From positions 1 to 33,216 of IMG/VR virus record IMGVR_UViG_3300025693_000008: 33,216 bases of DNA. The stretch is one strand, 5' to 3'. Positions 8,183 through 16,356 of this stretch are shown in pieces; positions within the stretch are counted from its first letter, which is position 1; each line of letters begins with the position of its first letter. Origin of the DNA: a virus (lineage: Duplodnaviria; Caudoviricetes). The notes under the pieces were generated by a model. It searched no databases. It saw nothing but the letters and a program-made list of their open reading frames with translations, and was not told where the DNA came from. A program made the position numbers and the translations under genes.

Positions 8183-8219
8183 TGGCATCCTCCCCGAGCT
8201 AAAGTACGGGGATTCCTGC
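8183..8219 (-). mobile_element. Orphan IS200/IS605-family right-end hairpin remnant
   Basis: Minus strand GCAGGAATCCCCGTACTTTAGCTCGGGGAGGATGCCA resembles the GGAATCCCCG..CTTTAG..CGGGGAGGATGTCAA ends of tnpB elements. No transposase nearby. Confidence 0.5.
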
Positions 8220-8302
8220 AGGCACAAAAGACAAGTAATTACGTATTTAGTTAGATTTTTTACCTGTAATTACCGACATTTTAAGGGGGCCACTGAACAC
8301 CT

Positions 8303-8351
8303 ATACATACACCATCTCCCACTCGCCTATTGATACGGGCGGTAAGATAAT
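8303..8351. repeat. Cassette-boundary repeat, copy 2
   Basis: ATACATACACCATCTCCCACTCGCCTATTGATACGGGCGGTAAGATAAT. Confidence 0.85.
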
Positions 8352-8383
8352 CAATTCAGGAAATACAACTCAAGGAAAATCAC

Positions 8384-9739
8384 ATGAAAGGAATCACCGC
8401 CCTATCCCTGTCAATTCTATTGGCTGGGTGTTCGTCAATAGTAGTTACCAAGAACTACGACCAGAGCAATTCTGATAGCCCGTCTGCTAAACAGGGAATC
8501 CTATACTCGGTACCCAAGCAAAACTTTGAGTTCAGTATCGTTAGAAGTAAGGTCACTCCGAAAAAGGTCCTAAAAGTAGTACAAACAAATACCGCGAAAA
8601 AGAAGGCTCTAACCGAAGAAATTGACACTAAAAAATCAGAGATTAAGGCAATTGATTTACTCATCGCCAAAGCGCCCGCCGATTCTGATGCCCTACTAGA
8701 GCTTACCCTAAGAAAAAGCCTGGCTGAAATTGAAAAGTCAGCGCTAGAAGATCAGCTCGCAACTACAAATGCCAATTTGGCTGAAGCGAAAAAGAAATTG
8801 GTAGTGGCGGATGGAGGAAAGGAATACTACGAAGATAAAATTACGTTAGCAGCTTTGGCCCCATACCCGAGCTCTACAAGGCTGATTGCAGAGGTTGATA
8901 CGTCGTTCTGGTCTTCAGATACCTTAGAAATAGAGACAACGGGCAGTGGATTACTGAGTGGCGGTTCCGCTACTTCCGAGGGTAACGTTGATGAAATAAT
9001 CGTCGCGCTGGCTAACGCAATAGGAGCGGTTAAAGGCCGTTCAACACCGGAGAAGGTGTTTTCACTTAGGGAAAGCGCCCCCTCTGCCCCCGCTTGTCCT
9101 TTGGAGGAAGTCTCCTTCAAGTACGAAATCGATTTGTCTGAATCTAGCTGGGAGACTGATATTGCAGATCAACTAAAGAACAATGATCTATGCTACTCAC
9201 TGAAATTGGAAAAAGACCATTACTACACACAGTCTATCGAAGATAAGAAGGGTACGATAACCACTCCTTCAAAAATCATCACTGCAAAAGTAGGAGGTGA
9301 AGCCAAAGGGTTGGTTTATCCACGCAAAGGCCTATATCGATTTAAGGTGGTCGGGACAAACACCAAAACATTCAGCAAAAATTTCTACATTCAGGCGATC
9401 GACCAAAGCGCACTAGGCTATATATCCTTGCAGCAAGGAGTTTTCGCCACTCATGACTATGAGTTTGATTTCAGCGACGGACTCTTGACAAGATATAAGT
9501 CAGTCAAGCCTAGCGAAGTAGTAGAAGCTTTGGCGATGATTCCAAAAGCGGCGAAAGCCCTAATATCCGTGCCTACTGAAATGCTGAAGCTTCGTGTCGA
9601 TTACTCGAGCCAAGAAGAGGCGCAATACACTAAGGAAAAAGCCTTGTTAATTGCTAAAGAAACTCTTAAAGAAGCTGAAAAACAAGCCGCCGAAGGTACG
9701 CTTCTAGATGACGATACCAGTGACAGCACTACTGACTAA
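8384..9739 (+). CDS. Lipoprotein with coiled-coil insert (possibly DUF4831-like)
   Basis: Lipobox LLAG-C after a short signal peptide; a Lys/Glu/Ala heptad region at about aa 65-140; AAGGA RBS. Confidence 0.8.
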   Translation: MKGITALSLSILLAGCSSIVVTKNYDQSNSDSPSAKQGILYSVPKQNFEFSIVRSKVTPKKVLKVVQTNTAKKKALTEEIDTKKSEIKAIDLLIAKAPADSDALLELTLRKSLAEIEKSALEDQLATTNANLAEAKKKLVVADGGKEYYEDKITLAALAPYPSSTRLIAEVDTSFWSSDTLEIETTGSGLLSGGSATSEGNVDEIIVALANAIGAVKGRSTPEKVFSLRESAPSAPACPLEEVSFKYEIDLSESSWETDIADQLKNNDLCYSLKLEKDHYYTQSIEDKKGTITTPSKIITAKVGGEAKGLVYPRKGLYRFKVVGTNTKTFSKNFYIQAIDQSALGYISLQQGVFATHDYEFDFSDGLLTRYKSVKPSEVVEALAMIPKAAKALISVPTEMLKLRVDYSSQEEAQYTKEKALLIAKETLKEAEKQAAEGTLLDDDTSDSTTD

Positions 9740-9741
9740 AC

Positions 9742-9790
9742 ATACATACACCCTCACCCACTCGCTTAGTGGTGTGGGTGGTGGGATGAT
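9742..9790. repeat. Cassette-boundary repeat, copy 3
   Basis: ATACATACACCCTCACCCACTCGCTTAGTGGTGTGGGTGGTGGGATGAT; 15/18 match to the core; starts 3 bp after the lipoprotein stop codon. Confidence 0.8.
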
Positions 9791-9836
9791 TGGACCTCCC
9801 CCCCCCGCCTAACACGAATAAAGGAACTAACATTAC

Positions 9837-10079
9837 ATGAAAGTAGAAGAGCTCATAAACAAACTCAACAAACTAGACCAGAACCTAGATGTAATCTTCT
9901 ACTCGGAAGATAGAGAGCTACTTCTTCAGGGTGGAAACGCAAGGGTAATGGATGTCCTGAGTTTGAATGAATCAATGGTTCGACTCACCCGCGACGATTT
10001 TCAATCAGCCACAATCGACAGATCAGATGAAAAACTAAGCCACAAATACGCGCTTTTAGAAATGACATCAGATATATAA
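9837..10079 (+). CDS. Small hypothetical protein
   Basis: AAAGGA RBS; the MKVEELINKLNKLDQNLDV start is a pattern common in small phage proteins. Confidence 0.7.
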   Translation: MKVEELINKLNKLDQNLDVIFYSEDRELLLQGGNARVMDVLSLNESMVRLTRDDFQSATIDRSDEKLSHKYALLEMTSDI

Positions 10080-10210
10080 TCTAGCTGCGATGCTTTAGAT
10101 TGCTTCAAGTGTGAGCATATAAGGCGTCACGGCGACTAGGAATGTGGGCTAAGCTGTGATGGTGGAGTCTGCGAGAAAACAGCCAGGTAGATATATGACA
10201 GGGATGAATT

Positions 10211-10360
10211 TTGAATTTCAAGGATAAGTGGTTTTGGTTTGCAGTCGTCGTTTTTTTCACATTGATTGTTATGTGCCGGTATACAAGCATGGACGCGGAT
10301 GTTGCCGTACGATTAGATCGATGGACCGGCGAAACCTGCTTCTATAACCGCTGCAGCTAA
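10211..10360 (+). CDS. 49-aa single-TM membrane protein (not in ORF track)
   Basis: TTG start after AGGGA; MNFKDKWFWFAVVVFFTLIVMCRYTSMDADVAVRLDRWTGETCFYNRCS*. Confidence 0.55.
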   Translation: MNFKDKWFWFAVVVFFTLIVMCRYTSMDADVAVRLDRWTGETCFYNRCS

Positions 10361-10409
10361 CAAGAGGCATTAGCCATGAATCCAACCGTCTATTTTGGAT
10401 AAAGGCACA

Positions 10410-10694
10410 ATGAAACCAAAAACCCTTTTGTTTATCGGATTAGCTGGCGTCGCCTCGTGCACACCTTCAGACGAAGGCAAATACAAGCGCGGTGATTGCA
10501 TAACGCCAACCGACCCGCTCTACTCTTGGCATGGAGAGTACGCTCTCGTCGATGCGTATTCCAGAATAGAAGGTTTTGGCAAAGAAAAGCGGTATATACT
10601 TACGTTTCCTCGCAGTGGTTCGGGGACTTCGATTTATGACAAAGACATTGAACTGAAAACACTTAAAGTTTCAATTGAATTGTGTGGTATTTGA
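10410..10694 (+). CDS. Small putative lipoprotein
   Basis: MKPKTLLFIGLAGVAS-C lipobox from ATG 10410; AAAGG RBS. Confidence 0.65.
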   Translation: MKPKTLLFIGLAGVASCTPSDEGKYKRGDCITPTDPLYSWHGEYALVDAYSRIEGFGKEKRYILTFPRSGSGTSIYDKDIELKTLKVSIELCGI

Positions 10695-10705
10695 AGAGAC
10701 CAAAA

Positions 10706-10891
10706 ATGGACAATGAAGAATCCTTCGGACAGCAAGCGCTAGTTACAAGCATTGCTGTCCTACTTTTCGTAGCAGCTTATTTTGGCGTAGTAGGCCTATT
10801 ACCGGCTTTCATTACTCTTGTTATCGCCTATAGCGTCGGCTGGCTGATTCTCAAGGCTATCGACTGGTGGTTTGGCCCCAGCGACCTCTGA
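10706..10891 (+). CDS. Small 2-TM membrane protein (superinfection-exclusion-like position)
   Basis: ALVTSIAVLLFVAAYFGVVGLLPAFITLVIAYSVGWLIL; convergent with, and overlapping, the last ejection gene. Confidence 0.55.
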   Translation: MDNEESFGQQALVTSIAVLLFVAAYFGVVGLLPAFITLVIAYSVGWLILKAIDWWFGPSDL

Positions 10892-12577
10892 AGCCTTGAT
10901 CATTGACGCCATATAAGCCGCGTCAGCAGTGACTTTATTCTTGGATAGCTTTAGCCCCGTCAGCCCGGTAGCGCCGTCCAAAAGAAGACCCGCCAACTCT
11001 TCGCTACTTCTTTCTTTGGCCGGCACATTCCTTAAATAAGCGTCTGTGATTGCTCTGCCATTTTTGCCTGCTCGGACTGTTGCGTTAGCTAGTTTTACAT
11101 TCAGCTGTGTGAGCTTCTGTGCTGAAGTCCTTGCTATTGATCCCACAGCCGGCACTAAAGCTGCTCCAGTCATTCCCCCTGCGGCAGCTCCGCCCGCGAC
11201 ACCGACAGAGGCCATCAGCATAGAGGAGGCCTGCCCCTCTGCAAACCCAAACTTCCCCAAAGCTTTAGCTGTGTTTTCAAGCTTTCCGCCTCTCACAATA
11301 GTCTCGATTGCTTTCTTTTCTTCAGGGCTGAAGCCAGCCATTTTTTTCTTGCTGTTCAGTATTGAACGAAACTGCGAGCGCAATCCGTTTTCGAAGCCGC
11401 TGGCTTGGTTTTTAGCTCGCTCAATCGCATCATCAATGAGTTCGGAGCGCTTCGCCCTTCCCCAGTAGCTGCGTGCTTTTCTCAGTTTGAAACCAACATA
11501 TTGACCGTCGCCACCTACAAGGGCCTGACGAGGCAGAGTATTCATAAAGTCGTCAATCTGGTCTACAGCAATTGAGCCGAGTCGAGACTCATCGGGATCC
11601 AAGCTACGAGCGGCTGCACGTGCAATCTTGCGAAGCGTGTCTACCTCACTTATCGTTAATTCGCCTTCGGCTGATTTAGCAATTTCATCTAGGGCAGCGC
11701 TCATCTTGGGGTGAATCTTAGGGTGAAATCCCTCCTTTTTTGTAGATTCTGCGATGCTATTTGACAACGTTTTCAACGGTTCTTGCTTTACCTTTGCGCC
11801 AAGCCCGTCAATCTCCTTGTAGATAACTCGAGCAGAGTCCTTCAGCTTTCCGATTGTTGGCGCCGCCTCTTTAAGCGCTGTATTCACTCTTGTATTTTGC
11901 ATGGCCGCTTTAACACTTGCAGGGGCCAACGGCGCTGCTAAGGCGCCAACAATTTCGCCGACCTGTCGACCATCTTCGCCCGCGATCGCTTCACCAGCTT
12001 CACCGCCGAGTTCTGAGCCGGCTCCTGCCATAGCCCCCATCTTGACGTCTTGCTTAACAGTAGTCGTTGCCATGTCTCGAAGCAGTCCCCGACCAGTAGA
12101 CTCAGCCTTGGAAACCATTGAGGGCAGTTTTTCAGCTGCGTTACGAACAGCAGCACCGGTTCCCGCGGCCATTCCAGCGACTTCACCGGCGGTGCCCACG
12201 ACATCTCTGGCAAGTCCTTCTTCCATGAAGTTTCCTGCACTAGCCATTTGTCCTAGTTCACTTCCTGCAAACGTAGGCACACGTTTGTCGCTCCCACCCA
12301 ACTCCAAAATTGCATTCACTTGATCCGTAGAGAGGAAATCCAAAGTTTCGAGAGCCGCACGGTTAACACCCGCCATGAACTCCAGCGGAGCTTGAGTTAA
12401 CGCCGGTGTGGATTCGGTGGTTTGTTTTGGCATCGCAGTTTCAGGGCTTTCAAATTCCCCAGCCTCAACTGGTCTAGCAGTTGAAAGATCGAACTTCGTT
12501 TTTTGGGGTTCTGCTTGCAAATTGGCAGAATCAGAGACTTCTTCTACCGGTCTCGCTGTAGAAAGATCGAAGGCCAT
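10799..12577 (-). CDS. DNA ejection/transfer protein (P22 gp16-like position)
   Basis: Last gene of the virion operon; Ala/Gly-rich and helical with glycine-zipper segments. ATG 12577 overlaps the upstream stop (TAATG). Confidence 0.7.
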   Translation of the reverse strand: MAFDLSTARPVEEVSDSANLQAEPQKTKFDLSTARPVEAGEFESPETAMPKQTTESTPALTQAPLEFMAGVNRAALETLDFLSTDQVNAILELGGSDKRVPTFAGSELGQMASAGNFMEEGLARDVVGTAGEVAGMAAGTGAAVRNAAEKLPSMVSKAESTGRGLLRDMATTTVKQDVKMGAMAGAGSELGGEAGEAIAGEDGRQVGEIVGALAAPLAPASVKAAMQNTRVNTALKEAAPTIGKLKDSARVIYKEIDGLGAKVKQEPLKTLSNSIAESTKKEGFHPKIHPKMSAALDEIAKSAEGELTISEVDTLRKIARAAARSLDPDESRLGSIAVDQIDDFMNTLPRQALVGGDGQYVGFKLRKARSYWGRAKRSELIDDAIERAKNQASGFENGLRSQFRSILNSKKKMAGFSPEEKKAIETIVRGGKLENTAKALGKFGFAEGQASSMLMASVGVAGGAAAGGMTGAALVPAVGSIARTSAQKLTQLNVKLANATVRAGKNGRAITDAYLRNVPAKERSSEELAGLLLDGATGLTGLKLSKNKVTADAAYMASMIKASEVAGAKPPVDSLENQPADAIGDNKSNESR

Positions 12578-14184
12578 TATTGAGCCTCCTCGACGTGACC
12601 GTCGCCCCAAACATAAGCCCTATTTCCGCTTGAATCGACCATCAGCTTGGCGCTCTTCCGATCCCTGCTTTGAGTCTCGCTGTCATTAGCTTTAGTCTGC
12701 GCACGCTCCACCGCTACACTAACAACATCTTTCAGCTCATTCAGTGCGGCAACAAATGCTTTTTCGGATTGAGCAGTATCTAATCGAGCTTGAGCATTTT
12801 CAGCCTTTAAGCCCTCTATTTCAGTGATTTGACCTGCGCCCTTCAGCGATTCGAAAGCTTGCAGGAAGGATTTACCCTTAAGCTGGTCTATCATGACAAG
12901 GAAATCCTTTCGCTCTCCGCCCGGTTTGGCCGCGAAATTTAGTACCGATGACCCCCCTGTGGCGGCCTCGCGACCTGGATGTGCCAATACAGAGTCGATC
13001 AGCTTTATAGTCTCATCCGCCTGAGCTAGCGCCTTGGTAGCTTCTTTGGTTTTTTCGATGCCTGATTCGTGCGCTTTTGCTGAACGCAACAAACTGTGGT
13101 CTCCAGTATTCCGGTATTGCGCTACAGATTCTGGCGTATACTGCGATGGATTAACTTTAGAAAACTCTGGTGCAGGACCGTTCGATTGACCCTTCCCTGG
13201 GATTTCAATTGGCGTTGCCGAATTCCCATCGATACTAACCAGCGATTCAGAGCCATCGCCATTTTTAACTTTCGTGATTTCGGGCTTTGAAGTCCGGCCG
13301 TTCAGCTCGGCACGCATCGATGAGATAGCCTGCTGCGCCTCCGGGTTATCAAAAAGATTGGCAATCATATACTGAGCCATCGCATTGTCGATAAGCTGGC
13401 CGGCGTCAGCAGCAACTACAGGCTCGTTTGGATCCGTGCTCCGAAAGGCAGACATTTCAGCGATATAACTTTCACCATCTTCAGTCGTTACTCGCAACAT
13501 TGGGACAACGCGGCCTTCACCGGCCATTTTCAGTTCAGCGAGTTCTTTGCTCTTAATAGGTGATCCGTTACGCCCGAGCTCACCAAGGCCTTGATTCAGT
13601 TTTTCAGACCAACCAGGTAATTCGCTGAGAATCTTTAGATTCCCTGGTGAGTTCACGTATTCCAAATTCCCTTGTTCTAGCTGTTGTTTGAGCGGCCCGA
13701 CGCGCTTCACTCGCTTGATCGTTTCTCCATCCCATGACAATGGGCTCAAATTTGGACGACGCGCGGCGACAGCTTTTTCGTGCAAAGCAATAACTGCGTT
13801 GGGATCAATAGAGTCATATGCGCCCTTTTCGAACAGTGCGGCCTGCGCACCAAATTCATTGGCAACATCTTTGAGTTCCGCTTCTCGCTGCTTTCGTTTT
13901 TCGTTGCTAGCCTCCCACTCCATGCGTCGAGCGCCGCGTTTTTGTTCTGCTTGAAACTGCTGCTGCTTTATTGCTGCACCTTGCCGCTGAAGACCCAAGG
14001 ACTCTTCCGCGCGAGCGTCAGAAGCCGTTGCCCGAGTTCGATTGAACTCACGATCTTCTTTTTGCATGGAGATGGCTTCGCGCTGATTATCTCTGCGTTC
14101 TCTACGGTCAATGTGACGATCAACCGTTTCAATGCCATTCATAAACCCGCTAGTGAAAGATCCAGTACGTATTGCTTCAGTCAT
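12577..14184 (-). CDS. DNA ejection protein (P22 gp20-like C-terminus)
   Basis: Charged coiled-coil N-terminus; the C-terminal IDQLKGKSFLQAFESLKGAGQITEIEG.KA..A.ARL..AQSE resembles gp20-type proteins. Confidence 0.7.
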   Translation of the reverse strand: MTEAIRTGSFTSGFMNGIETVDRHIDRRERRDNQREAISMQKEDREFNRTRATASDARAEESLGLQRQGAAIKQQQFQAEQKRGARRMEWEASNEKRKQREAELKDVANEFGAQAALFEKGAYDSIDPNAVIALHEKAVAARRPNLSPLSWDGETIKRVKRVGPLKQQLEQGNLEYVNSPGNLKILSELPGWSEKLNQGLGELGRNGSPIKSKELAELKMAGEGRVVPMLRVTTEDGESYIAEMSAFRSTDPNEPVVAADAGQLIDNAMAQYMIANLFDNPEAQQAISSMRAELNGRTSKPEITKVKNGDGSESLVSIDGNSATPIEIPGKGQSNGPAPEFSKVNPSQYTPESVAQYRNTGDHSLLRSAKAHESGIEKTKEATKALAQADETIKLIDSVLAHPGREAATGGSSVLNFAAKPGGERKDFLVMIDQLKGKSFLQAFESLKGAGQITEIEGLKAENAQARLDTAQSEKAFVAALNELKDVVSVAVERAQTKANDSETQSRDRKSAKLMVDSSGNRAYVWGDGHVEEAQ

Positions 14185-14194
14185 TTTTAAGTCC

Positions 14195-14752
14195 TCATGA
14201 AAATAATGAAATGGCGGCTAGGCCTGCCAGCGCAACCCAACCCACTGGGCCCATCGCCGCGGCTCCAGGGGCGGCAGTACTCAACGTCGTTGCGCCAGTA
14301 GCTGTAGTGGCCGCAGTGGTTGTTGCAGCGGTGCTAGCAGCGGCAACTTCGGCTGCCGCTGCTGAACCTGCGGCGGTAGCATCAGCCGCGATCACAGCCT
14401 CGGAAGCTCCTGCAGTTACCCCCGCATCGATAGCCGCAGCCTCACCTGCCATGCCAGCCTCAATTGCTGCCTGCTGAGTACCCATCCCGATCGAGGTATT
14501 CATCGTGCCAACTGCATCAGTAATCGGAGCCGCTGCAGTCGGTGCGGAATTCGCTGCTAATCCATAATCAAGAGCAGTGGTTGCTGCCATGCCCGCCATC
14601 TGCCCTTGCTGAGCGGATTCTTGTTGCTCTTCGGCGCTTTCAAGTGCCTCTTCTGTCTGATTTCTTTGGTGTTCTTGCTGAGACAGTCCACTAAAGATCG
14701 CCTCGCTTTGCCGGAGATTATTTCGCCCGGTACTGATTACTGAATAGCTCAT
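14195..14752 (-). CDS. Ala-rich internal virion/ejection protein
   Basis: Ala/Thr-rich with a hydrophobic C-terminus MGPVGWVALAGLAAISLF; lies in the ejection module. Confidence 0.65.
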   Translation of the reverse strand: MSYSVISTGRNNLRQSEAIFSGLSQQEHQRNQTEEALESAEEQQESAQQGQMAGMAATTALDYGLAANSAPTAAAPITDAVGTMNTSIGMGTQQAAIEAGMAGEAAAIDAGVTAGASEAVIAADATAAGSAAAAEVAAASTAATTTAATTATGATTLSTAAPGAAAMGPVGWVALAGLAAISLFS

Positions 14753-14760
14753 GTCGCCCT

Positions 14761-15228
14761 CTAAATTGCAGTTGCCATTTGACGCGCTTCTCCGCCGCCA
14801 ATGACTGCCATATTCCGGTCTTTGATGTGTGTTCTGGTTTGATTCATTGCGCTAGCGTTCGCGCCGGCCATCGCCATACTGCGATTGTTCTGGTCTTGAG
14901 TTTTCTGTGCGTCACTCTGCTGAATGCCATAGCGCATACGGTATTGATTGGCGTTATCCGCCGAGGCCATGAACGCTTTATCATTGTTGATCTTGATTTG
15001 TCCAAGCCGCTCGTCGAGTAATTCGGTGCCGGTTACCGCATCGATCAATTCGTCTTCTTTCGGTTGAAAACGCGCCTGATAGTCAGCCCAATTTTCACGA
15101 GCCAGCCACGCACGATTCTTTTGCGCATACTTATCATTTCCAAAGCTGACGCTTGGCTTAGCTGTTTCATAGCCAGTGCTTTCAAAGTTCTCGTTGCCGA
15201 TACCGCTGTAGAGTTGCGTTACACTCAT
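14761..15228 (-). CDS. Internal virion protein
   Basis: 155-aa helical Gln/Asn/Ala-rich ORF coupled (ATGA) to the upstream gene. Confidence 0.65.
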   Translation of the reverse strand: MSVTQLYSGIGNENFESTGYETAKPSVSFGNDKYAQKNRAWLARENWADYQARFQPKEDELIDAVTGTELLDERLGQIKINNDKAFMASADNANQYRMRYGIQQSDAQKTQDQNNRSMAMAGANASAMNQTRTHIKDRNMAVIGGGEARQMATAI

Positions 15229-15890
15229 TCTTCACCCGACTTATCGTTGATGGCTCGATAGCCGCCGTAGGCCATTCCCGCCGCAGTACCCACTGCCTCA
15301 TTTCGAGCCGAGGTGTTATTGAAGCTGTTCACCGCGTCGTCTTGCGCTTGCTGACTTGAATAGCTAGAGATTTCGCCCATTCCTTGAATGGCTTCAGCAG
15401 ACTGGCCGTTGCCCATTGCAACGACGCCTTGAAGCCCTTTGACGTGACTGTCTTGAATGGCTTGCTGGGTCATGTTGACGTTCTGGCCTCGGGCGGCGCC
15501 TTTCTCGATGGAGTGAGTATTGATGGCCTCATTCACAACACCGCTGTTCATGTTGACGCCAGCGCCCTGCATCGCTTGAACATCCTCTTGCAGCTCTCCG
15601 GCGAACGCTGACTCGGTATTCCCGACCGCTACGTTGGCGCCCTCTTGCTGTTTAGACTCGCTATTGAGATTGTCGACTTCAGCCATGTAAGCGTTTTCTA
15701 CCGGCTGGAACGTTTCCTTGTACCGAGTCGTTCGCTCGACGGCGATCTTCGCCAACTGCTTTGCATCTTCAGTGTCTTTAACGCTGGTATCAGGATCGCC
15801 GCCACCTTTGAAGAACAGCTGACGATGGGTAAACGGGTTGAATTTCTCATAGGACAGATTTTCGCCGTCGAGAAAGAAAGAAGCGCTCAT
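15225..15890 (-). CDS. Ejection protein, P22 gp7-like position
   Basis: ATG 15890 overlaps the upstream TGA. The N-terminal leader ends in FKGGG; C-terminal GTAAGMAYGG. Confidence 0.65.
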   Translation of the reverse strand: MSASFFLDGENLSYEKFNPFTHRQLFFKGGGDPDTSVKDTEDAKQLAKIAVERTTRYKETFQPVENAYMAEVDNLNSESKQQEGANVAVGNTESAFAGELQEDVQAMQGAGVNMNSGVVNEAINTHSIEKGAARGQNVNMTQQAIQDSHVKGLQGVVAMGNGQSAEAIQGMGEISSYSSQQAQDDAVNSFNNTSARNEAVGTAAGMAYGGYRAINDKSGEE

Positions 15891-16285
15891 AAAGAGATTT
15901 CCCAAATCTGGAATTGTTGGTAGTCGCGCACGTGGCGAGCTCCCAACCTTGGGTAATACCGTTGCAGCGCCGGATTGTTAGTCCAGAACTGAAAAGCCTC
16001 GGCGCCAATCTCTTTGGCAATGCGCTTGAATTGTGGGTAGTGTTTTTTGATGGAGTTGCCGTTCTTTCCGTAGACTGCCCAGGCGAGAAGCTTGGGAGTG
16101 CCACCTTCAACAATCGGCTTCAGAACAACGAATGACTCACCCTTCATGAACAGAAGAGCGTCTTCATTTTCGAGTAACGTTATGGTGTCTTGGTAAAAAT
16201 CTGGCAATAGAGCTCGATCACCAATCTGTTTCAGTGGCGATTCGATTAACTTTTTGCAGTCTGGAACGTCGTAACGTAAAAACAT
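15887..16285 (-). CDS. GNAT-like protein preceding the ejection genes (P22 gp14/T7 gp13 position)
   Basis: 132 aa; the L..WAVYG.......FKRIAKEIGAEAFQFWT...RYYPRLG pattern and the gene position. Confidence 0.55.
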   Translation of the reverse strand: MFLRYDVPDCKKLIESPLKQIGDRALLPDFYQDTITLLENEDALLFMKGESFVVLKPIVEGGTPKLLAWAVYGKNGNSIKKHYPQFKRIAKEIGAEAFQFWTNNPALQRYYPRLGARHVRDYQQFQIWEISL

Positions 16286-16356
16286 TTTGGTACACGCGGT
16301 TCAGTTTCCAGTGTGTACCATTAAAAGAATTGGATATGTAAGGGTTGACAAACCTA

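Noticed and set aside
5771-9790. Repeats as a CRISPR array or integron attC sites
   Set aside because: Spacing is in kilobases with whole genes between copies; there are no cas or intI genes and no RYYYAAC/GTTRRRY boxes.
11046-14477. Plus-strand ORFs of 64-140 aa within the ejection genes
   Set aside because: They are antisense shadows of Ala/Gly-rich minus-strand genes, with no recognisable motifs.
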